A DNA stretch of 57,119 nt from an uncultured Aquiluna sp. Lineage in GTDB: Bacteria; Actinomycetota; Actinomycetes; Actinomycetales; Microbacteriaceae. The translations under genes were made by a program, and so were the position numbers. Where the stretch lies: NCBI GenBank assembly GCA_964553455.1, contig CAZKLA010000002.1, forward strand, positions 1 to 57,119. The letters run 5' to 3'. Each line of letters opens with the position of its first letter. Positions within the stretch are counted from its first letter, which is position 1. Shown one piece after another: positions 50,433-57,119 of this stretch. The notes under the pieces were generated by a model that searched no databases, was not told where the DNA came from, and saw only the letters and a list, made by a program, of their open reading frames with translations.

Positions 50433-51067
50433 TGAGACAGCAAATAGTGCTACCTTGGAGAGATGCTGGGTGTTCGTACAGAAGGCATCATTTTGATTTT
50501 CTTCTTGACTATTATTCCAAAGAATTTGATGTTATTGTTGCTGACAACGATGGTGATTTTAATAGGTCTGCTGCTAGAAATGTGGGAGTAGAAAAGACAC
50601 AAAGCGAGGTTGCAGTAATTATTGACGCAGACAACTATATCCCATATTCACAAATTCATGAGGCAATAAAAGTTGCTTCAAGATCAGATAGATTGGTTAA
50701 GCCATTTCAGTGGTTTGGATATCTAACTGAGGAATCTACTGCACTGTTCTATGATTTTATTGATAGCCCTATAACAGATTTTGAGCCAACATACATCGAC
50801 CCTCCAATTGATGATTTTACTGGTGGCGCATATGTTATGAAAAAGTCTTTGTGGCAACTGCTTGGCGGCATGGACGAAGGTTTTATTGGTTGGGGTGCCG
50901 AAGACGATGCATTTCATCTTTTATGTAAGAAAAAAGGAGTTAGGGTAAGATATATAGAAGGATACGATTATCATCTATATCATCCTGCACACAGAGTAAC
51001 ATCTGAATTTAATTATGAAAAACTAATGAGAGAGTATGTAAATGGGAACAAGTCATCCAGAAACTAA
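50429..51067 (+). CDS. GT-A glycosyltransferase (GT7/GT2-like)
   Basis: PWR, FNRSAARNVG, IDAD, GGMDEGFIGWGAEDD, HLYH. Confidence 0.85.
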   Translation: MMRQQIVLPWRDAGCSYRRHHFDFLLDYYSKEFDVIVADNDGDFNRSAARNVGVEKTQSEVAVIIDADNYIPYSQIHEAIKVASRSDRLVKPFQWFGYLTEESTALFYDFIDSPITDFEPTYIDPPIDDFTGGAYVMKKSLWQLLGGMDEGFIGWGAEDDAFHLLCKKKGVRVRYIEGYDYHLYHPAHRVTSEFNYEKLMREYVNGNKSSRN

Positions 51068-51554
51068 GCCTTGGATCTTAGAAAAGATCAGGGAATATAA
51101 GCCAAAGACCATCCTTGATGTTGGTGCTGGCTCAGGAACATATGCAACAATGTTGAGGAAGAATGGATATACGAGAGCAGCAATAGATGCTGTAGAAGTT
51201 TGGACTCCCTATATCAAGGAGTTTAATCTTCACACAAAGTATAGAAGTGTCTATGCTGTAGACATTCGTGATTTTGATAGATACAATCATGATCTCGTAA
51301 TCTTTGGAGATATTCTTGAACACATGAGTGTAGAAGATGCGCTTAAGGTTTGGGACACAGCATCAAAATATTGTGCTCATGCAGTTATATCTATTCCAAT
51401 TATTCATTATCATCAGCACGCCATTAATGGAAACCCTTATGAAGAGCATGTAAAAGAAGATTGGTCACATCAAGAAGTTCTTGATACCTTTCCTAACATT
51501 GTAGATTCTTGGCAAGGTGACATTACAGGTGCATATTGGGCAAACTTTAGGTAA
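51042..51554 (+). CDS. Class I SAM-dependent methyltransferase
   Basis: ILDVGAGSG, DAVE, GDILEH. Confidence 0.85.
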   Translation: MGTSHPETKPWILEKIREYKPKTILDVGAGSGTYATMLRKNGYTRAAIDAVEVWTPYIKEFNLHTKYRSVYAVDIRDFDRYNHDLVIFGDILEHMSVEDALKVWDTASKYCAHAVISIPIIHYHQHAINGNPYEEHVKEDWSHQEVLDTFPNIVDSWQGDITGAYWANFR

Positions 51555-51584
51555 ATGCTATAATCTCACCAAAAGGAGAGATCC

Positions 51585-51791
51585 ATGTATGTTGCAAAAC
51601 TGGTTAAAAATAAATTAATATTTCATGCAACTGTTTTAGAAAAGCACTGGTCTAAAGAAATGCTTTCTAATAGCGTAAATATTATTTCAGAAAAAAGTTT
51701 TTTATCAAGGCGTTCGGCACACAAGTGGATTAATGCTGAAATAACAAGAGACTTGTTTATGAAAAAAAGATTGGAGATAATTGATGAATGA
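51585..51791 (+). CDS. Hypothetical protein
   Basis: TGCTATAAT at 51556-51564; RBS AAGGAG. Confidence 0.6.
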   Translation: MYVAKLVKNKLIFHATVLEKHWSKEMLSNSVNIISEKSFLSRRSAHKWINAEITRDLFMKKRLEIIDE

Positions 51792-51948
51792 AAATGAAGT
51801 AGTTATTCAAACACTAAACGCTATGCTTCAGCGTCATGCAAAAGTAGTTCAAGGATACGAGGTTGAGATTGCCAACCTAACCGCAGAGGTATACAGGCTA
51901 AAGTCACAGGTTGAAGAGTCAAAAACTAATGATTCTTTAGATTCGTGA
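51784..51948 (+). CDS. Small coiled-coil protein, 54 aa (not in ORF track)
   Basis: MNENEVVIQ...YEVEIANLTAEVYRLKSQVEE; GGAG RBS. Confidence 0.55.
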   Translation: MNENEVVIQTLNAMLQRHAKVVQGYEVEIANLTAEVYRLKSQVEESKTNDSLDS

Positions 51949-51980
51949 TAAAATAGAATAAAACACAAGGAGCGGATAAT

Positions 51981-52133
51981 GTGGAAGATATCAATGAGGA
52001 TGCATCAGATTATGTTTGCATTACACATCAGTCCTATACTCCTTGCGAAGAAGGCGAATTTCATTTAATATCAAATTGGCTTGCCGATGTTAAAAGAATA
52101 GAAAGACTAATAGAAAGAAAAAGAAATGTTTAA
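51981..52133 (+). CDS. Small hypothetical protein, 50 aa (not in ORF track)
   Basis: GTG start after AAGGAG; CITH...PC...H possible metal site. Confidence 0.45.
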   Translation: MEDINEDASDYVCITHQSYTPCEEGEFHLISNWLADVKRIERLIERKRNV

Positions 52134-52146
52134 AAAGGAGAAGAGC

Positions 52147-52851
52147 ATGAGTTGGAAACCAGTTGCTGGCGTTACTGTCTTGAGAGATCAGATTAACAAG
52201 CGTTGGCCTGATAGAGATAAGCGCAGTGACGGAATTTTGGGTGATGCCGCCCATGCTGCTAGACAGAGCGATCACAATCCAGATTCAAGGGGTCTAGTTC
52301 ACGCTCTTGACATTGATGAAGATCTTAGAGGATCTAAAAATGACAACGTATGGTTAGCAGATCAGATTATTGCATATGCTCGTATGCGTAGATCTGGATC
52401 TAATAGACTCAAGTATGTAGTTTACGAAAATGAAATTGCTAGCGGAACATATGCAAAGCATTTCTGGACATGGCGTGGAGACAACTATGGTCATGAGATT
52501 CATATGCATATTAGTTTTACTACACAGGGCGAGTCTGATGCGACACCATTCGATATTCCAATTCTTACAGACGGCAAGGGTGATGTTTGGGATGGTCACG
52601 TTCCATTTTTTGACATTCTTCAGGATGCCATTGCTCTAGGTGCTGCAAACAAGGCAACTTGGAGATTGGCTTGCAGATTAAAGGAACTTGGTTTTTATGA
52701 GGGTCAAGTACAGCCAGAAGGAAGGCAGGCATACCCAAAGAATGCTATTCGTAAGATGCAAGATTACATGGGATGGGAACGCCGCGACTATGATCAAAAG
52801 ACCCACAGAGCCATTTGGAAAGAACTAAAAATTTCCAATAATGAACCATGA
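52147..52851 (+). CDS. Endolysin (Zn-peptidase, M15-like) with C-terminal cell-wall-binding-like domain
   Basis: DGILGD.AH..R.SDHNPD...ALDID...H..HMHISF. Confidence 0.75.
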   Translation: MSWKPVAGVTVLRDQINKRWPDRDKRSDGILGDAAHAARQSDHNPDSRGLVHALDIDEDLRGSKNDNVWLADQIIAYARMRRSGSNRLKYVVYENEIASGTYAKHFWTWRGDNYGHEIHMHISFTTQGESDATPFDIPILTDGKGDVWDGHVPFFDILQDAIALGAANKATWRLACRLKELGFYEGQVQPEGRQAYPKNAIRKMQDYMGWERRDYDQKTHRAIWKELKISNNEP

Positions 52852-52907
52852 CCTTGATCACATTCCCCTAGAGTTTGTTTGACTATCCAACAAAATTTTG
52901 ATACGAT
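52847..52907 (+). promoter_or_regulatory. CRP-like site plus SigA promoter
   Basis: CATGA-CCTTGA-TCACA (52847-52862), then TTGACT-N17-TACGAT (52879-52907). Confidence 0.45.
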
Positions 52908-52936
52908 AGTATTACAAACCCAAAAGGAGGAATTTT

Positions 52937-53089
52937 ATGAAGGCTTTTTCACGCCTTTTTGCGAATGTTTTCACAAGATCCACAAGATCAAATGACAACG
53001 TTTATCGTGAATGGGATAGGATGAGGTCAAAGGCAATGTCACCAAGCGAGTTGTCTGAGATCGATGCAATTTTTTCTAGATCTCTATGA
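52937..53089 (+). CDS. Small 50-aa protein (not in ORF track)
   Basis: Strong RBS AAGGAGG; MKAFSRLF...REWDRMRSKAMSPSELSEIDAIFSRSL. Confidence 0.7.
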   Translation: MKAFSRLFANVFTRSTRSNDNVYREWDRMRSKAMSPSELSEIDAIFSRSL

Positions 53090-53092
53090 TCG

Positions 53093-53138
53093 TTGACATA
53101 ACCCATCGTCAAGCACTATAATTGGCGGTGGGTTAGTC
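53093..53138 (+). promoter_or_regulatory. SigA promoter overlapped by hairpin
   Basis: TTGACA-N18-TATAAT; arms at 53095-53112 and 53122-53138. Confidence 0.65.
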
Positions 53139-53159
53139 ATTTCTACAGTTAGGATAATA

Positions 53160-53648
53160 ATGCAAACTTTTGTTCCTTATGCAGATTTTAATCAGTCTGC
53201 CGCTGCCCTAGACAACAAGAGGCTTAATAAGCAACTTCTTGAAGGTCGTCAAATCTATAGCATTCTTGTATCGGGTCGTAGGTCAGGCGCTTGGGTCAAT
53301 CACCCCGCTGTTAAGATGTGGCGCAACTATGACATGGCTCTTTTTGAGTATCTGGTAGCAATGAAGGACGAATGCAATGATCGTGGTATTGCCACTGAAA
53401 AGAACTGGAACGCCATTCTTGAGTTACACAATAACAACTGGAATCGTGGCAGTAAGGTCGTAATGCCTCCGTGGTGGAATGATAATCGTGTGCATGAGTC
53501 TCATCGCAATAATTTGTACGTCAAGGATAGCGATTATTACTCCATGTTTTCTAACGCCAATCGTATTGCCTGTTGTGATAAGTGTAACTATTTTTGGCCT
53601 ACCCATACCCTGTTTTACAATGCAGAGTTTCTAGGTTATGTAGTATAA
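53160..53648 (+). CDS. Pyrimidine-dimer DNA glycosylase (DenV/MSMEG_6728-like)
   Basis: MQTFVPY.DF..SA..LD.KRL.KQ..E..QI, HPAVKMW, SHR.NL. Confidence 0.8.
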   Translation: MQTFVPYADFNQSAAALDNKRLNKQLLEGRQIYSILVSGRRSGAWVNHPAVKMWRNYDMALFEYLVAMKDECNDRGIATEKNWNAILELHNNNWNRGSKVVMPPWWNDNRVHESHRNNLYVKDSDYYSMFSNANRIACCDKCNYFWPTHTLFYNAEFLGYVV

Positions 53649-53658
53649 TAATTCCGTT

Positions 53659-54486
53659 ATGCTACACGCCTTAAATGTACATGATGAGATGCCACCCAAG
53701 GGTCCGATAAGAATATGGGACGCGGGTGTGCAGTGGGCCGATCTAGAAAAACAAAAAGGAACTTACGATTGGTCAAAACTTGATGCAATGATTGACGCAG
53801 CGGGCAAAAGATCTATTATGCTAGTTCTTGGTCATCCCCCAGCATGGGCTGCAAAGGGCGGTCCAGATGGCCGTCAAGCGGCATGGATGCCTGCGGGAAG
53901 CAACAGGCCTCCAGTAACTATGGCGGCTTGGAGAAGGCATGTAGAGGCTGTAGTGACCAGATACAAAGGGAGGGTGGCTCTATACCAAATATGGAATGAG
54001 CCAGCAGACAAAAGATTTTATTCTGGAGACTTCTCTGAAATTGGAACAATATGCAAGGCTGCATATCAGGTTATTAAAAAGATAGATAAAAATGCAAGAG
54101 TTGTTTCTCCTCCCTTGCAACCAAGGCGTCAGGCTGGGTGGCACAGAAGAGGAAAGGCAATCGTAAAGTCTTTGAAGGATGCTGGCTATCCTTTTGATAT
54201 TTGGGCTATGCACATTTATCCACAAAAGGGTGAAGGTGTAGAGGGCTTCATCAGAGACTGCAAGTTAGTTATTGATGAACTAGAAAAGCATCCAAAAAAT
54301 AATTGGTTGTGGATAACTGAAACAAATTACAATTTAGTTGGAGAAGGAAATCCATATCCTGTAAACAAGCAAAACCTTCTTATAAAGCAATCAGAAGATG
54401 CTTGCAGAATGCTTGACATTACCCGCATTTATTGGTATTCTTATATGACAAACGAGCCACATCTATTTGGCATTATTGAGTTCTAA
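53659..54486 (+). CDS. Clan GH-A glycoside hydrolase (GH39/GH5-like)
   Basis: W..LE..KG.YDWSKLD, QIWNEP acid/base, MHIY, WITE nucleophile. Confidence 0.8.
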   Translation: MLHALNVHDEMPPKGPIRIWDAGVQWADLEKQKGTYDWSKLDAMIDAAGKRSIMLVLGHPPAWAAKGGPDGRQAAWMPAGSNRPPVTMAAWRRHVEAVVTRYKGRVALYQIWNEPADKRFYSGDFSEIGTICKAAYQVIKKIDKNARVVSPPLQPRRQAGWHRRGKAIVKSLKDAGYPFDIWAMHIYPQKGEGVEGFIRDCKLVIDELEKHPKNNWLWITETNYNLVGEGNPYPVNKQNLLIKQSEDACRMLDITRIYWYSYMTNEPHLFGIIEF

Positions 54487-54494
54487 GGAGAACA

Positions 54495-54680
54495 ATGACA
54501 CTTACCGATGAGCAGGAGAAGGCTCTACGAGATCTTGCTTCTGCATCAGATGCACTACGTCGTACTTCTGGAGGAAAGGCAGGCGACGCTGCTGAGAAGA
54601 AGTATGGAGAGGCGTACACACGTTGCTACGTCCTTGGTCTAAAGCAATACAAGATGCAGGTATGTAAGACTACTCGTTGA
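54495..54680 (+). CDS. Hypothetical protein
   Basis: RBS AAGGAG; 61 aa ORF. Confidence 0.65.
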   Translation: MTLTDEQEKALRDLASASDALRRTSGGKAGDAAEKKYGEAYTRCYVLGLKQYKMQVCKTTR

Positions 54681-54715
54681 CAAATGCCTTGCCCCTAGGC
54701 TACAATATAGGGGCA
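54677..54715 (+). promoter_or_regulatory. tRNA promoter overlapped by hairpin
   Basis: TTGACA-N18-TACAAT; TGCCCCTA/TAGGGGCA flank the -10. Confidence 0.6.
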
Positions 54716-54718
54716 CAC

Positions 54719-54792
54719 GCGACTGTTGCATAATGGTAGTGCCTCTGCCTTCCAAGCAGATAGTGCCAGTTCGATTCTGGTCAGTCGCTCCA
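54719..54792 (+). tRNA. tRNA-Gly (UCC)
   Basis: GCGACTG/CAGTCGC acceptor, TCTGC-CTTCCAA-GCAGA, TTCGA T-loop, U73, encoded CCA. Confidence 0.93.
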
Positions 54793-54793
54793 A

Positions 54794-54866
54794 GCCTCCA
54801 TAACTCAGGGGACAGAGTAGGACACTTCTAATGTCAAGGTCGCAGGTTCGAATCCTGCTGGGGGCG
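54794..54866 (+). tRNA. tRNA-Arg (UCU)
   Basis: GCCTCCA/TGGGGGC acceptor, GACA-CTTCTAA-TGTC, GCAGG-TTCGAAT-CCTGC. Confidence 0.9.
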
Positions 54867-54877
54867 CAAGGAGAACA

Positions 54878-55522
54878 ATGAAACACTACAACGTAGTAAT
54901 TGCCACACCAGGCTCCATGATTACTGCTGCTTATGTCAGAAGTCTGACAGAAACATTGCAAACTCTTAATGAATTAAATATATCTTGGCATTATGTAAAT
55001 TATGAGTCTACATATATAAGATATGCTAGAGAGTCAATTGTTAATTACGGAAATCCAGAGGATTTGCACAACCAGATACCGTTTGACAATCAGTTTTCAT
55101 ACGACAAGATAATGTGGATTGATTCAGATATATCTTGGAAACCTAAAGACTTTCTTAATCTTTATTATTCTGATAGAGATATCATCGCTGGAATATATAT
55201 GATATTTGGTGGAATGATTTCTGCGTCAGTTGACGGTAACAACTTTTTGCATCCCAATCAAGTTCCTCAAAGCAGGGAGTTTCAGGTATCCACTACTGGT
55301 TTTGGATTTGTTTGTGTAAAAAATGGGGTATTTGAAAATATGCCAAAGCCTTGGTTCGATAGCGGCATATTTGAAAAAGATGGAAAGATAATTACTACCT
55401 TAGGTGAAGATAATTCTTGGTGTGTCCGTGCCCGTGAATCTGGATTTAAAATATGGATTGATCCCAATGTTAAGGTGGTACACAATAAAACAGTGCCACT
55501 TGCTTGGCCTGAAAATCTCTGA
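54878..55522 (+). CDS. GT-A fold glycosyltransferase
   Basis: VIATP, YARE, MWIDSDI, TGFGFVCVK.GVFE, GEDNSWC.R, V.H. Confidence 0.8.
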   Translation: MKHYNVVIATPGSMITAAYVRSLTETLQTLNELNISWHYVNYESTYIRYARESIVNYGNPEDLHNQIPFDNQFSYDKIMWIDSDISWKPKDFLNLYYSDRDIIAGIYMIFGGMISASVDGNNFLHPNQVPQSREFQVSTTGFGFVCVKNGVFENMPKPWFDSGIFEKDGKIITTLGEDNSWCVRARESGFKIWIDPNVKVVHNKTVPLAWPENL

Positions 55523-55549
55523 TACAATACTACCGATTAAGGAGAAACG

Positions 55550-56158
55550 ATGTACATTAATGATATTGAGTTGCAAGAAGGGGAGTATGTTCTTCCTGCT
55601 GTAAAGGTAATAGACAACGCTATAGATAATTCAGATAGGTTGATTGAGATTGCCAACAGCATTCCAGATGGATGGGAGCCCTCCCTAGTTGGTAGTGACA
55701 GAAACGTTGATCAGGATATTCGTAGATCTAATTCATTCCCATTTAACGTTCATTTTGATAACCCACTTGAGTTTTTTGCAACGGCACAGAAGATCTATCT
55801 TTATGCTCAACTATATGCACAGGAGAATGGCGTAATGTTTACACACATGGAGCCAATCTCAATGCTTGAATATCTTGCAGGAGATGGATTCTATAAGCCA
55901 CATCATGACTTTGGACCAGATATTCCCCGTAACATTTCTGCACTTCTATATTTGAACGATGTAGAGGATGGCGGAGAGACATATTTTGATAGATTTGATT
56001 TTTCTGTCAAGCCAAAGGCGGGAAGACTAGTTCTTTTCCCCTCTAATTTCCCTTACTCACATGAGGCGCGACACCCAATTTCTGGCAACAAATATGTTTT
56101 GGTAACTTGGTTTGGTATGCCTCTTGATCCATCGATCTTTGGAAACTACTACAGGTGA
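55550..56158 (+). CDS. Prolyl 4-hydroxylase-like 2OG-Fe(II) oxygenase
   Basis: R.S, Y..G..Y.PHHD, R.ISALLYLND..DGGET.F, PKAG..VLFP, HEA.....G.KY....W. Confidence 0.85.
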   Translation: MYINDIELQEGEYVLPAVKVIDNAIDNSDRLIEIANSIPDGWEPSLVGSDRNVDQDIRRSNSFPFNVHFDNPLEFFATAQKIYLYAQLYAQENGVMFTHMEPISMLEYLAGDGFYKPHHDFGPDIPRNISALLYLNDVEDGGETYFDRFDFSVKPKAGRLVLFPSNFPYSHEARHPISGNKYVLVTWFGMPLDPSIFGNYYR

Positions 56159-56162
56159 TAAT

Positions 56163-56741
56163 GTGAGCAGAATAGAATTAGTTGAGAAAAATGATGAATT
56201 GGGGTTTAGGATTTATCGATCTAATGAGATCGTAGAATACAAAGACGAGTTTATTAGACAGATTGAAAGTTCAAGAAGATCTTTGAAGGCAATTTATCCA
56301 GACATTGACTCTACATGGGGATACAATGTCTACAATCTTTTTGCCATATCTTCTGGCTATGAGTTGTTCTATAATCTTTATCAAGATTTAAAAACAATTA
56401 GCAGAGAGTTTTTGCAAGAAGACGGTCCCCTTTGGATGCAGTCATGGGCAAACTATCAGTGGGAAAATGATGTGCTAGATTGGCATACGCATTTTGACTG
56501 GAGATGCCACGGCTATATTTCTATTGAGCCACATGATTCTGTCACAATGTTTGATGGCTTTGATATTGTTAACGATGTTGGAAATATTTATATTGGACCA
56601 ACAGATGTTCCTCACAAGGTGTATATTAAAAAGCCCCTTGACTCACCAAGAATTACATGTGGCTTTGATATTGCAGATGCATCAACACTTCTTGATATGC
56701 AAGAAAGAGATGCGGTAAATATTTCCTTTATGCCAATTTAG
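56163..56741 (+). CDS. Putative 2OG-Fe(II)/cupin oxygenase
   Basis: SWAN, LDWHTH, HGYI, HKV, RITCGFD DSBH motifs; GTG start inferred. Confidence 0.55.
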   Translation: MSRIELVEKNDELGFRIYRSNEIVEYKDEFIRQIESSRRSLKAIYPDIDSTWGYNVYNLFAISSGYELFYNLYQDLKTISREFLQEDGPLWMQSWANYQWENDVLDWHTHFDWRCHGYISIEPHDSVTMFDGFDIVNDVGNIYIGPTDVPHKVYIKKPLDSPRITCGFDIADASTLLDMQERDAVNISFMPI

Positions 56742-56744
56742 CGC

Positions 56745-56773
56745 TTGACAATTCTGTGGCAAGGCACTATAAT
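56745..56773 (+). promoter_or_regulatory. Perfect consensus SigA promoter
   Basis: TTGACA-N17-TATAAT. Confidence 0.75.
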
Positions 56774-56805
56774 TTATACCAACAACACAATCAAAGGACG
56801 GTATA

Positions 56806-57033
56806 ATGGAAACAATGATGAGTACAGAAGAGAAAACTGACGTTATCAACGTTTCTGATCGTTGTGACAGGTGTAACGGTCAGGCGTTCTTTTGGGTAAA
56901 CGGAGTTTCAGGAGATCTTCTTTTTTGTCGCCATCATTTCCTTAAGTATGAGGATGCTATTAGGGCTTATGCATTTGAGGTCATCGATGAAACCCACAAA
57001 CTAAATAGCAAGCCTTCTGAATCAAGCGCTTGA
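56806..57033 (+). CDS. Small actinobacterial-type zinc-binding protein
   Basis: DRCDRC.GQA...G.LLFC.HH motif. Confidence 0.7.
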   Translation: METMMSTEEKTDVINVSDRCDRCNGQAFFWVNGVSGDLLFCRHHFLKYEDAIRAYAFEVIDETHKLNSKPSESSA

Positions 57034-57058
57034 CATATACAAAACAATAGTGTAAAAT
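57030..57058 (+). promoter_or_regulatory. tRNA promoter
   Basis: TTGACA-N17-TAAAAT. Confidence 0.6.
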
Positions 57059-57067
57059 TTTTGTGTT

Positions 57068-57119
57068 GGTTCTGTAGAGCAGCGGAGTGCTCGCCACCCT
57101 GTCACGGTGGAGGTCGTGG
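57068..57119 (+). tRNA. tRNA-Asp (GUC), truncated by window end
   Basis: GGTTCTG acceptor 5' strand, GAGC/GCTC D stem, CCACC-CTGTCAC-GGTGG anticodon arm. Confidence 0.85.

Noticed and set aside
54695-54961. 88-aa minus-strand ORF
   Set aside because: It is the reverse complement of the tRNA-Gly/tRNA-Arg pair
6-55527. Many minus-strand and alternate-frame ORFs in the track (e.g. 4654..5067, 14499..14969, 36287..36772)
   Set aside because: They lie antisense to or inside well-supported + strand genes, lack RBS or motifs, and mirror sense-strand codon bias
49395-56741. DNA hypermodification (TET/JBP plus GT) as the main reading of the GT/oxygenase cluster
   Set aside because: The oxygenase motifs are P4H-like, GT60 is a protein-acting family, and no DNA methylase or hydroxymethylase is in the window; not fully excluded
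2-57033. Stop-codon reassignment or alternative genetic code
   Set aside because: Genes are full length in code 11, TAA/TAG/TGA all end genes, and no suppressor tRNA is present

Overview
A 57-kb segment of a large, AT-rich tailed dsDNA phage (siphovirus-like) that probably infects Actinobacteria, judging from WhiB, MSMEG_6728-like and DRCDRC-type genes and many leaderless starts. All supported genes are on the + strand. In order: a truncated virion gene; a head module (portal, protease with a nested scaffold, major capsid); neck and tail genes (major tail, -1 frameshifted chaperone, 2611-aa tape measure, minor tail proteins); a replication/recombination module (DnaB, primase, SSB, DnaE, MazG, RecA, Cas4-like, two resolvases) interrupted by a virion-like cassette; a secreted lysozyme-like gene; terminase; and an accessory region with tRNAs (Ile-UAU, Gly-UCC, Arg-UCU, partial Asp-GUC), deaminase, WhiB, three glycosyltransferases, methyltransferase, endolysin, DenV-like glycosylase, glycoside hydrolase and 2OG-Fe(II) oxygenases. 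The most notable candidates are a phage-encoded prolyl-hydroxylation/hydroxyproline-glycosylation pathway with a polyproline tail-module protein as possible substrate, and a perfect CRP box placed like an activator site upstream of the secreted muralytic gene. Product calls come from motifs and synteny only; no searches were run.
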